Shown here: piece after piece, positions 19,032-27,505 of the stretch | How the letters are laid out: every line of letters starts with the position of its first letter | How positions within the stretch are numbered: position 1 is the first letter of the stretch | Source: Phycisphaerae bacterium | Lineage (GTDB): Bacteria > Planctomycetota > Phycisphaerae > UBA1845 > Fen-1342 | Assembly (NCBI GenBank): GCA_963675745.2 | Contig: CAXXWX010000018.1 | Location: 1 to 31,243, forward strand | Direction of reading: 5' to 3' | Length of the DNA stretch: 31,243 nucleotides | The notes under the pieces: model-generated | The model's input: only the letters and a program-made list of their open reading frames with translations | Told to the model about the DNA's origin: nothing | Database searches by the model: none | Made by a program: the position numbers and the translations under genes

Positions 19032-19541
19032 CGACTGCATCGTGGCCTGGGTCACGACGGTCGATCCCGAATAGATGGTTGAGCGTTCTGTTTCGCCGGC
19101 CCCCGCTCGAGATTACCAGGAGTGGCAACCCCAGCGGCAAGATGCCCGCAGAGGGTCTCCCTCCGCCTCAGGCTCTGGGAATGTGCGAGAGAGTGCCCGG
19201 CCGTGCGACGCCGGCTGAAATGGGCAGGTTGACCGACGCCGACGGCGACGGGAACGTGCGAAGGCTCTCTCGCCAAACCCTGCACGCCCCACTTGACTTC
19301 GTCCGCTTCGTCGATGGAGAGAAACCCGAGAAAGCCGCCGCCTGATCACAACGCCATCAACGACTTTTGACAATAGCTCGCGCATCCGTCTTCAGTGCCG
19401 CTTCGACGTCCCGGCAGGCCTCGCTCATCTGCTCCGGCTCCACCGGCCCCGACACGATCGGTGTCCCGCGTAGTTCCAACCGGGGCGATTTCAGCTTCGC
19501 GGGCATCTGGGAAGACATCCAAGACGTCTTCTAAACTCTTG

Positions 19542-19630
19542 TCATGCCGCCAGTAACGCTTCGGCGACGCGCTGTGGGAGGCTGGACGCCCCTGCCGCAA
19601 AAAGTTCTAACCGTGTCCAGTTGCTTCGAT
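19542..19630 (-). repeat. att/tail unit 2 (89 bp), encodes RSNWTRLELFAAGASSLPQRVAEALLAA*
   Basis: Core GCAAAAAGTTCTAACCGTGTCCAGTTGCTTCGAT. Confidence 0.92.
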
Positions 19631-19794
19631 TCGAGACCCCTCTATAGCGGCAGGAATCTGCGCATGTTTTCAGCCTGCCACGGAATTCTCCGGTCGGGAG
19701 GTGATTTCTCGCGCTACTGCGCGACTCCGCCGCTCTGCAATGTGGCCGACCCTGTTCCTGGTCCAGTGTCGGCAACGGGCTGCGCGGCGGACTA

Positions 19795-22233
19795 TCAGCC
19801 GGCGCAGCATCCTGGTTTCGGCAGATCGGCGCCGCCACGGCTAGACAGCCCGTAGAGGCGCATCACCTGCCGGTCAATCCTGCTCAGAAGCGCAGGGCGA
19901 CGCGATGGCACCGTGTTGTCGTCAACAAGCGCGGCAGCACACTGCGCAACGGCAGCGCAGATCTTTGCATCTACTTGCTCGCCTGCTATGGGGAGCGGGG
20001 CGCGGCGTAGTGTCTCAAGCCGCAGTGCGTACTGTCCTTCGCCCATGGGAATCGCTCGATGTCTCAGATACTCCTGCATGGGCGAGCTGTTCAGGACGCC
20101 GAGCAGATAGTAGGGGTCGATAGCCTTCGAAGGGAACCCGATCACGATGACGCTATTGTGGCACAGAACGCCATCGGCATCGAACGCGAAGCTGCCAGGG
20201 CGGCCGATCGCGCTTGCAACGATCTTTGGCGCGGCCATTGCCGGTTTCACGTTCACCCTTCGCAAAGCGTACCACGGTCGCTCGGGGTGCATCCGTCGCT
20301 TCAATAGCGGCGACCGTTTCGAGGACAGATACTCGTAAGCGCGCGTGTATTTTCCGGAGAGCCTGTCTTCATCAAGGACGTTGCCCCGGCGATCGTACGG
20401 AAACACGCAGACATGCTGTGGCGCACATTTCCCATACGCGGAGATTCCACGACCGCGGAGCATGGGCACGATCGCGCCCTCTTCCAGCTCAATCTCCTTT
20501 CCGTCTGCCCGGGGCCGTGCGATGACGTGTCCGGAATTCGTCTCAGACACCCGCTGTAAAACGAAGATGTTGTCGGCGCCGGTGCATACTCCGTATGAGA
20601 CGGCAACGGGCAGCCTCGCCAGCGCCGTCCCGACAGACTCCATTTGTTCGAGCAGCGTACGGCATTCGGGCGAGTGGAATCGCCATTCATCGGCCGCCAA
20701 TGCGCATGATGGAATAGGACGCACGACGACCTCCCGATGAGGACCGGCTGATCGGAATAGCGAAGCCAGCTTGTCACGGCACCCACCAGCACCTCTCAGA
20801 GACACATATCGGGAACAGGATCGTTCGTTCGTTTTCCACGCCGTCAACAACGTTGAATGGGCGCTGGCGTCAGGGTAGATGTTCCGATCATCGAACTCCA
20901 CAATCTCGATGACGCGACACTTACTCGATATGAGTTGCCGCAGTGCCCTGCCGCTCTTGTTGCGAAGAAACGCCCCGGAAACGACAGTCGCTAAGCAGCC
21001 GCCGGGAGTCAGCATCTCCAGGGCACGCTCTATGAAGAGCATGTAGAGGTCGAACTGGCCGCTCTGGGCAGTGGCAAACCTGCTGCGGTAATGCTCGATC
21101 TGGCGCTTTTGGCCTCGGTGGAGTCGCTCAAGGCGTACAAAGGGCGGGGCTCCGAGAATGACATTCGGCCGATCCGCTCGGCCCTCAATCGCGCGCACCC
21201 GCAGGAAGTCAGCGCAGCGAACGCCCCTGGCAACTGACTGGATTCGCCGGGTACCCTGGTAATCAGTGCGCTGGGTGAGACAGCTTTCCCAAGCGGTTAG
21301 TAAGAGGCTCTGAAGCGCGAGGGCTGCCGCGACGCGATCCACATCGAAGCCGCGGATGCCGCGCGAGAGGTGGTGCAGCACGTCCGGCGCTCTGAGTGTA
21401 CCCCCCGTTCCAATGAGGAATCGCAACGCAGCCACCAGGAACCCTCCGGCACCGCAGGATGGATCGAGGATGCGCAGCGCGTCCGCCTCGACCCGCTGTT
21501 CGTCCGTCATGAACTTCAGCGCCCGGTGGGTCAGATAGTCAACCAACGGTGCCGGTGTGTAGTGGATACCAAGGTTGCGCCTGGTGCCTCTTGAGCGCCA
21601 AATGGTGGTCGCCTGCGTCTGTTCCACGGACAATTGATGGTAATCTCCAAACACGGTTACCGGTACGTTTGCTCCGTAGACGCAGCATGTCTCGTCGACC
21701 ACACGAGATACCCAATCGCGTTTGACGATACTGCCAGGTATTCGCAGGTCGAAAGAGGATGGCCTGAGGGTGAACGTGGACCGCAAGAGCGGATCTTTGA
21801 TCGCGCGACGTACGGCCCGGTAAAGGCCGTGAACCGACGGACGCGCCGCCCGGCGCAAGCACGCGCCGATGGACGGCGCGATCACTGGATTACGCGCGCA
21901 AATAAAGGTCTGCAGCAATGCAAGGTGGATGATGGCGTCGGTGGCGAACTCAATGGTCCGCGACCCGCTGCGTTTCGGACATGCGGCGCGCCACTCGGCG
22001 ACGATTTCTCGTCGCAGTTCGCGGAGAAACCGTTGGTAAGTGCGCCGCTGCTCCGTCGAAGGGCCGGCGGCACCTTCCAGCAAGTATGGTAGTCTCCGAC
22101 CGAGCGCCGTAGTAGCGGGCATTCCAACAGTCCATCGGCTGTGCCTCGTCCCGCACTCGCGGGACGCGCCGATGGCGGCGCTGCGGCACTGCTTGTCCAG
22201 TAGATTAATGGCCGCGCCACCCGAGATGGGCAA
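19795..22233 (-). CDS. Eco57I/TaqI-like (type IIG-related) N6-adenine DNA methyltransferase homolog with atypical motif IV
   Basis: GIHYTPAPLV, ILDPSCGAGGFL, GFDVD, ILGAPPFV (for GNPPY), FDLYMLFIERA, TaqI-C-like YLLGVLNSS; start may be ATG 22122. Confidence 0.85.
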   Translation of the reverse strand: MPISGGAAINLLDKQCRSAAIGASRECGTRHSRWTVGMPATTALGRRLPYLLEGAAGPSTEQRRTYQRFLRELRREIVAEWRAACPKRSGSRTIEFATDAIIHLALLQTFICARNPVIAPSIGACLRRAARPSVHGLYRAVRRAIKDPLLRSTFTLRPSSFDLRIPGSIVKRDWVSRVVDETCCVYGANVPVTVFGDYHQLSVEQTQATTIWRSRGTRRNLGIHYTPAPLVDYLTHRALKFMTDEQRVEADALRILDPSCGAGGFLVAALRFLIGTGGTLRAPDVLHHLSRGIRGFDVDRVAAALALQSLLLTAWESCLTQRTDYQGTRRIQSVARGVRCADFLRVRAIEGRADRPNVILGAPPFVRLERLHRGQKRQIEHYRSRFATAQSGQFDLYMLFIERALEMLTPGGCLATVVSGAFLRNKSGRALRQLISSKCRVIEIVEFDDRNIYPDASAHSTLLTAWKTNERSCSRYVSLRGAGGCRDKLASLFRSAGPHREVVVRPIPSCALAADEWRFHSPECRTLLEQMESVGTALARLPVAVSYGVCTGADNIFVLQRVSETNSGHVIARPRADGKEIELEEGAIVPMLRGRGISAYGKCAPQHVCVFPYDRRGNVLDEDRLSGKYTRAYEYLSSKRSPLLKRRMHPERPWYALRRVNVKPAMAAPKIVASAIGRPGSFAFDADGVLCHNSVIVIGFPSKAIDPYYLLGVLNSSPMQEYLRHRAIPMGEGQYALRLETLRRAPLPIAGEQVDAKICAAVAQCAAALVDDNTVPSRRPALLSRIDRQVMRLYGLSSRGGADLPKPGCCAG

Positions 22234-22336
22234 CTCCGACGGAACTGATTGCTGCTCACTGCCGCGTTTAGTGAAGCTGCTGACGTGTTTCGTGAGCGCC
22301 GCGCCGACGCCGGACGCAACAACAGGCGACCGGCAA

Positions 22337-23515
22337 TCACAGCACGCAGTTGCAGCGCCCGATGGCGGAGGCTAGCCCTACCGCGTCGAAGATAGCCCGC
22401 TCCTCAAGGCAGAGCCCCACATCAAGACCGGGCTGCATTTCACGGATCACGTCAAGTAGATGCCGATATATGCGTACCCGAATGTCGGCAGCGTAGCGTG
22501 CCCGGCCGTCGCCAGATTTGGTCATCGGTCGCCCCGAAACAAACGTGATAGCAGTTGAGACGCCCAGCTTCGCTTCGGTGAGGCGCGCCGCGTTCGGGTA
22601 GCTGCATATCCCACCGAGCGTGAGGCGATCGAGGCGCACGGTTGTGAGAAGCTCCATCAGGAATCGCTCATAGACACTCTGCCAGTCGGTGATCGGGATG
22701 ATCGGCATGATCACCGCGCGCACCGGATATCCCGCCGCCGCGCATCGGCGCATCGCCTCGATTCGACGCTCGACGGGGGGCACGTTGGCTTCGAACTCGG
22801 CGACAACTTCGCGCGGGTTCAGACTCCACGACAGAATCGTGTGGCCGGCGTGCGGCGGGTCCATCAGATTCTCGACGTCCGCCGCCTTCGTCAGCACAAC
22901 GAGGCGCGCCAGCGGATGGTCCGCAAAGAACGGGATCATGACGCGCGAATAGCCCGTCAGAGGATCCAACGCGAGTCCGTCCTGGAGCTTGCCCAGGTAG
23001 AACGCCGTCCGGCGACCGGCCTTGCGGGCAACGCGGTGTATCCGGTCCAGCACTTCGGGCAGGTTCAGGAATATCTTGACCGTCGGCGAGAAGTAGACGC
23101 CGCGCGTACCCGCCAGATAGCAGTACGTGCAGCCATACGGACAGAAGCCATACGGGGAAAAATGCCAGTAATTGGGGCAGCAGTTGTCGCGCTCCTGGCT
23201 GAGCCCGACGGCGCTCTTGTGCTCGCCCAGCACGAGCGTGTTCTTTCCACGCCGAAGTGCCTCCAGTGGGCCTGTGCAACCGAGATCAACCCGATTGTGC
23301 GGGCGGCCTTCCTGCTCCCAGACCTGCGCCTCAGGGTGAATCTGGCAGATACGCTCAACGAAACGCCGACGCTGCGAATTGGACCGGCTTCCCTTCGTCA
23401 GGACGATCCGCTTTGGGGAGAAATGGGCGGGTCTTCGGGGTACGTAGCGTTCGGTGCACGCAAAGAGCCCGCTCAAGTTCTGTTCCGCAGCCCTCATGCG
23501 CATGCCGCCTTGCAC
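22337..23515 (-). CDS. Radical SAM protein, spore photoproduct lyase (SplB)-like
   Basis: FCPYGCTYCYL, DGLALDPLTG, LTKA, ILSWSLNP, GYPVRAVIMPII; start approximate (23503 or 23497 possible). Confidence 0.88.
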   Translation of the reverse strand: MQGGMRMRAAEQNLSGLFACTERYVPRRPAHFSPKRIVLTKGSRSNSQRRRFVERICQIHPEAQVWEQEGRPHNRVDLGCTGPLEALRRGKNTLVLGEHKSAVGLSQERDNCCPNYWHFSPYGFCPYGCTYCYLAGTRGVYFSPTVKIFLNLPEVLDRIHRVARKAGRRTAFYLGKLQDGLALDPLTGYSRVMIPFFADHPLARLVVLTKAADVENLMDPPHAGHTILSWSLNPREVVAEFEANVPPVERRIEAMRRCAAAGYPVRAVIMPIIPITDWQSVYERFLMELLTTVRLDRLTLGGICSYPNAARLTEAKLGVSTAITFVSGRPMTKSGDGRARYAADIRVRIYRHLLDVIREMQPGLDVGLCLEERAIFDAVGLASAIGRCNCVL

Positions 23516-23543
23516 GCCGCGTCTCCCAGCGAGTGGAGCGAAC

Positions 23544-23574
23544 CAATCCTAACATTAAGCGAACTGATGTTCAA
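23544..23574 (-). promoter_or_regulatory. Sigma70-like promoter with LexA-box-like motifs
   Basis: TTGAAC-N17-TAGGAT with extended TG; contains GAAC-N4-GTTC (23561-23572) and TCAGTTCG-N5-TGTTAGGATTG. Confidence 0.65.
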
Positions 23575-23684
23575 CCGTGCGGCGAAGGCCCAGCGGTTCC
23601 GTCTCATCCGCCGCGGGGTCCGGGCCGCCGCCATAGCATTCCGGGCTCTCCTGGCAACTGGGCCAAACGCGACGTAACATCCTG

Positions 23685-23753
23685 TCATGCCGCCAGTAAC
23701 GCCTCGGAGATCCGTGGTGGCAGGTCGGCGGCGCCGGCCGCGAAAAGTTCTAA
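23685..23753 (-). repeat. att/tail unit 3, left part (continues at 25348-25367 after the IS1380); encodes RSNWTRLELFAAGAADLPPRISEALLAA*
   Basis: Removing the IS and one CTAA copy rebuilds an 89-bp unit colinear with units 1 and 2. Confidence 0.92.
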
Positions 23754-25343
23754 CCCGGATTATTCACGGTTGAGTTGAAAGAGCGGCCTTCGTGTGGTCT
23801 AACTGGTTTTGACCAAACAAGTTGAACCGTGCACGGAGGCCGCCGATGTTTGAACAGACTGAAGCTCAGTTGTTCTTCTCGTTTTTCGCCGATCGCAAGC
23901 TGATTGTCCAGCGTCACGCCGGACAAATTTCCTCGGACGCCGGGCTGTTGCCGATTCGGCAGTTGGACCAGCGGCTGCGTTTTACCGCGCGGCTGGTCGC
24001 CGGCCTGAGCGATGACCGTCACGAACCGCGGCACACACAGCTCGAGATGTTGCGTCAGCGGCTCTACGGAATCCTGGCCGACTACGAAGACTGCAATGAT
24101 CACGACACGCTCCGTGATGATCCGATCTTCAAGATCGTCGCCGATCGATTGCCCGAAGACGATCCGCTCGCCAGCCAGCCCACGCTATCGCGTTTCGAGA
24201 ACGCCGTCACGATCGACACGCTGTGGCAAACGCTCGACTTCCTGGTCGCGACCGGGATCGAGCGGCTGCGGGAGAAGAACGAGGGCCAAATGCCCGATCG
24301 CCTCACGCTCGATCTCGACGCCACCGACGATCCGGCGCACGGGCAGCAGCAATTGGCGTTGTTCCACGGCTACTACGAGCAACACCAATACTTCCCGATC
24401 GTGATCAGCGAGCCGACCACGCAGCACGTGTTCTACGCCGCCCTGCGGCCGGGCAGTGTGCACGCCGCTCACGGTGCCGACGATGACCTGGAATTCGTGG
24501 TCGAGCGTCTGCACGCCGCCCGCGGCGACCTTGCGATTCACGTTCGCGGCGACAGCGGCTTCGGCGTGCCATCGATGTACAAAATCTGCGAGAAAAACCG
24601 ACTGACGTACACGTTCGGCATCGGCGCCAACAAACGGCTGCAGGCCCTGGCCCAGCCGTTACTCGACCGAGCCGTCGCCGAATACGAACACACCGGCGTC
24701 AAGCAACGCTCGTTCACGCACTTCAGCTACCAGGCCGGCTCGTGGGATCGGCCACGCGCTGTGATCGCCAAGGCCGAGTGCCAGGCGGCCGGCACGAACC
24801 TGCGCTTCGTGGTCACCAATCTACAGGTGAACTCCGACGCCGACGCGCAGCGTGTTTACGACGACTACATCCAACGCGGCACAAGCGAACAACGCTTCGA
24901 TGAACTCAAGAACGGTCTGCACGCCGACCGGCTGAGTTGTCATCGCTTCGTGGCCAACTTCTGGCGTCTGCTGCTGCACACGGCGGCGTTCAACCTGTTG
25001 AACTGGTTGCGTGATGACGAGCAGGTGCCGGAGACGTTGCGTACCGCCCAGCCGGCCACGTGGCGGAGTCGCGTGATCAAAGTGGCGGCAACGGTCATCC
25101 AGTCGGCTCGGCGGGTGGTCGTGGCGATTGCTGGCCAGTGGCCACACTGGTCGACTCTTCACACCGTCGCCGTCCGCAGTGGCGCCATCCCCGCCGGCCC
25201 GTAACCCCACCGAAAACCCGCGCCGTCCATCGGGGGAAAGGGGGTCCTGCGCGCCGAATCGCAACACACCCCTCCAATCAACGCCAAACCGCACCGCACC
25301 ATACGCACACACCAAGCAAAAGCCTGACGGTGAATAATGCGGG
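23754..25343 (+). mobile_element. IS1380-family insertion sequence, 1590 bp, 4-bp target duplication CTAA
   Basis: IRL CCCGGATTATTCACGGT; IRR (reverse complement) CCCGCATTATTCACCGT; CTAA at 23750-23753 and 25344-25347. Confidence 0.95.
23846..25204 (+). CDS. IS1380-family DDE transposase
   Basis: GQISSDAGLL, LASQPTLSRFEN, DLDATDDPAHGQQ, RGDSGF, YIQRGTSEQRFDELK; GGAGG RBS before ATG 23846. Confidence 0.93.
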   Translation: MFEQTEAQLFFSFFADRKLIVQRHAGQISSDAGLLPIRQLDQRLRFTARLVAGLSDDRHEPRHTQLEMLRQRLYGILADYEDCNDHDTLRDDPIFKIVADRLPEDDPLASQPTLSRFENAVTIDTLWQTLDFLVATGIERLREKNEGQMPDRLTLDLDATDDPAHGQQQLALFHGYYEQHQYFPIVISEPTTQHVFYAALRPGSVHAAHGADDDLEFVVERLHAARGDLAIHVRGDSGFGVPSMYKICEKNRLTYTFGIGANKRLQALAQPLLDRAVAEYEHTGVKQRSFTHFSYQAGSWDRPRAVIAKAECQAAGTNLRFVVTNLQVNSDADAQRVYDDYIQRGTSEQRFDELKNGLHADRLSCHRFVANFWRLLLHTAAFNLLNWLRDDEQVPETLRTAQPATWRSRVIKVAATVIQSARRVVVAIAGQWPHWSTLHTVAVRSGAIPAGP

Positions 25344-25347
25344 CTAA

Positions 25348-25491
25348 CCGTGTCCAGTTACTTCGATCTTTCGCAGAAACGGGCCCTTCGGCGAGAACGT
25401 CGAAGGGCTTTCTTATTTCGGGAACGAGAGTTACGCCGTCGAGGCGAACGTTCAAACACACGATCTCGAGCAAGCGGCGCTTGGCGCGGTG
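25348..25491 (-). pseudogene. 3' remnant of a large serine recombinase-type gene
   Basis: HRAKRRLLEIVCLNVRLDGVTLVPEIRKPFDVLAEGPVSAKDRSNWTR, recognised as the C-terminal region of tRNA-associated large serine recombinases; catalytic N-terminal region absent. Confidence 0.7.
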
Positions 25492-25660
25492 CCGACACTC
25501 TGGGACAGCGCTGCTGGACCCACGCGGGCGGTTGCGACGTTGCCGGCCGACCCAATCAATAGGTTTGTCGTCGCGCGCTTAGCAGGCACAGCGAGTGACT
25601 TGAGCCGAGCGCCTCGGAGTCGGTTGTGGGGCGGTGACAGTGGATTGGAGCGTTATCGCG

Positions 25661-25950
25661 TCACTCGCTTGTCACATTCTCCGCTCCGTCTTCGCACGGC
25701 GTGTCCGTGCTTTCGATCGTTTCGCGCGCAACAATGTCGCGATACAGCGGGAACTGCCCGTCGGCCTCCGGCGCGTGCAGCAGCCAGTTGGGGCCAGCCA
25801 CGTACACATCGGAGGGCAGCTTCACGCCTTTGTCGGTTTCGCTGAACTTGACGGCCACGACCAGCGGCACATCCGCGTTGGCGGCGAGCTTCTCAGCGAG
25901 GTTCGCGACGCGGGCGGGGATGATGTCTAGGGGGAATCGTCGCCGATGTG
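25661..25950 (-). pseudogene. Possible 3' gene fragment of unknown function
   Basis: Protein-like stretch LDIIPARVANLAEKLAANADVPLVVAVKFSE...YRDIVARE* without a convincing start. Confidence 0.35.
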
Positions 25951-26212
25951 GCCATGGCGCTCGACACGCGTAAGTTGTTCTTTGCCAGCAACAAGGACGG
26001 AATGAAGTGGAGGCACAGGCGGGTTTGGTCACTTGGACATTGTGCCTCCCGCACACGCCAGCCGCCATCATAATGGCTTGGCCGAGAAGGCGTTACGCAC
26101 CATCGAGGGCCGCGCAACTTCCGGAGGACGAGCACAGTGGATACAATCCGGCGCGCCGAACAGAGCCACTCGGTGGGCAGGGGCTCGGAACTACTGCAGG
26201 ACGTTGGATGCT

Positions 26213-27505
26213 ATGAACGCGACAAAGCCGGTCAGCCTCAACCTCAACGTGCGAGGGCTCGGAGAGTCTCCCACGCTGGCAATCAAGGACAAGTGCCGAG
26301 CCCTCGTCCGCGAAGGCCAGCCTGTGTTCGATTTCGGCCTTGGTCAGTCGCCGTTTCCGGTGCCCCCTCCCGTCGTCGAAGCCCTCCGGCTGGCCGCCGT
26401 CGAAAAGGACTATCTTCCGGTGACGGGACTCCCTGCGTTGCGCGAGGCGGTGTCGGAATTCCATCGCGCAAAGGACCACGTGGACGCTCACCCCGATCGC
26501 GTCATCGTGGGACCTGGCTCGAAAGAGCTTATGTTCCTGCTCCAGATTGCCTATTACGGGGAAATCCTGATCCCCACGCCTTGCTGGGTTTCCTACATAC
26601 CGCAGGCTCGAATCATCGGCCGTCGCATCAATCTCATTCAGACGAGCTGGGAATCCGAATGGAAGCTGAGCGCCGCGAAGCTGGCCGAGACAATTGAGCT
26701 GACAAACGACCAGCATCGTCCGCGCCTCCTCGTGCTCAACTATCCCTCGAATCCATCGGGCACGAGCTACTCGCGGGACGAGTTGAAGGAAGTCGCCGAA
26801 GTCGCCCGACGTTTTCAGATCATCGTGCTATCCGACGAGATCTACGGTCAGCTCCACCACGCTGGCGAGCACGTCTCGATTGGGCAGTTCTATCCTGAGG
26901 GCACGGTCCTGAGCTCGGGGCTGTCGAAGTGGTGCGGCGCGGGGGGGTGGCGGCTTGGGACGTTCGTATTCCCGCCCGATCTGGACTGGCTCTGCGACGC
27001 GATGGCCGCTATCGCAAGCGAAACGTACACGTCTGTCAGTGCTCCAATCCAACATGCGGCGGTACGTGCGTTTCACGGCGGTGTCGAGATCGAACGCTAC
27101 CTGTGGCACGCCCGGCGTATTCTGGCGGCACTTGGAAGGCGGTGCACACGTACGCTGACGGAGGCAGGTGTGCGAGTGCACGCTCCGCAAGGCGCGTTTT
27201 ATCTCTTCCTCGACTTCTCGCCATTCAGAGAGTTGATCGCCGATCGCGGACTTGCGACCGGTGCCGCGCTCTGCGACCGACTGCTTAGCGATGCGGGTGT
27301 CGCGATTCTCCCGGGTTCAGCGTTTGCCCGCCCACGCGAGGAGTTCACTGCGCGCTTGGCCTACATCGACTTTGACGGCGCGCGGGCGCTCGCCGCGAGC
27401 GAAAACATCCCGCTGGACCAGGATTTGCCAGACGACTTTCCGGACCGCTGGTGCGAAAACGTCATCGTCGGGAAGCAACGACTGGCAGCGTGGCTGAAGC
27501 CGTAG
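26213..27505 (+). CDS. PLP-dependent aminotransferase class I/II (aspartate aminotransferase-like)
   Basis: FGLGQSPFP, GPGSKE, LNYPSNPSG, LSDEIY, SGLSKWCGAGGWRLG, PQGAFY. Confidence 0.93.
   Translation: MNATKPVSLNLNVRGLGESPTLAIKDKCRALVREGQPVFDFGLGQSPFPVPPPVVEALRLAAVEKDYLPVTGLPALREAVSEFHRAKDHVDAHPDRVIVGPGSKELMFLLQIAYYGEILIPTPCWVSYIPQARIIGRRINLIQTSWESEWKLSAAKLAETIELTNDQHRPRLLVLNYPSNPSGTSYSRDELKEVAEVARRFQIIVLSDEIYGQLHHAGEHVSIGQFYPEGTVLSSGLSKWCGAGGWRLGTFVFPPDLDWLCDAMAAIASETYTSVSAPIQHAAVRAFHGGVEIERYLWHARRILAALGRRCTRTLTEAGVRVHAPQGAFYLFLDFSPFRELIADRGLATGAALCDRLLSDAGVAILPGSAFARPREEFTARLAYIDFDGARALAASENIPLDQDLPDDFPDRWCENVIVGKQRLAAWLKP

Larger units (their letters stand above)
8993..25491. mobile_element. 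Tandem cassette array at the tRNA-Pro 3' end: C1 ~8993-11793, C2 ~11794-19630, C3 ~19631-25367, then a recombinase remnant
   Basis: Three 89-bp direct-repeat units at the cassette right ends, a shared left end in C1 and C3, and a serine recombinase remnant in frame with the last unit. Confidence 0.8.

Noticed and set aside
18998..19345. ORF after IS110 as the second half of an interrupted gene
   Set aside because: Could not join it convincingly to a reading frame left of the IS; no recognisable motif
22337..23515. Assigning the symbol splB
   Set aside because: Family resemblance only; the conserved Cys segment of true SP lyase is not evident
11705..25367. CRISPR array or classical integron attC sites
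   Set aside because: Repeats are kilobases apart, no cas or intI gene is seen, and the units lack the attC inverted-repeat structure
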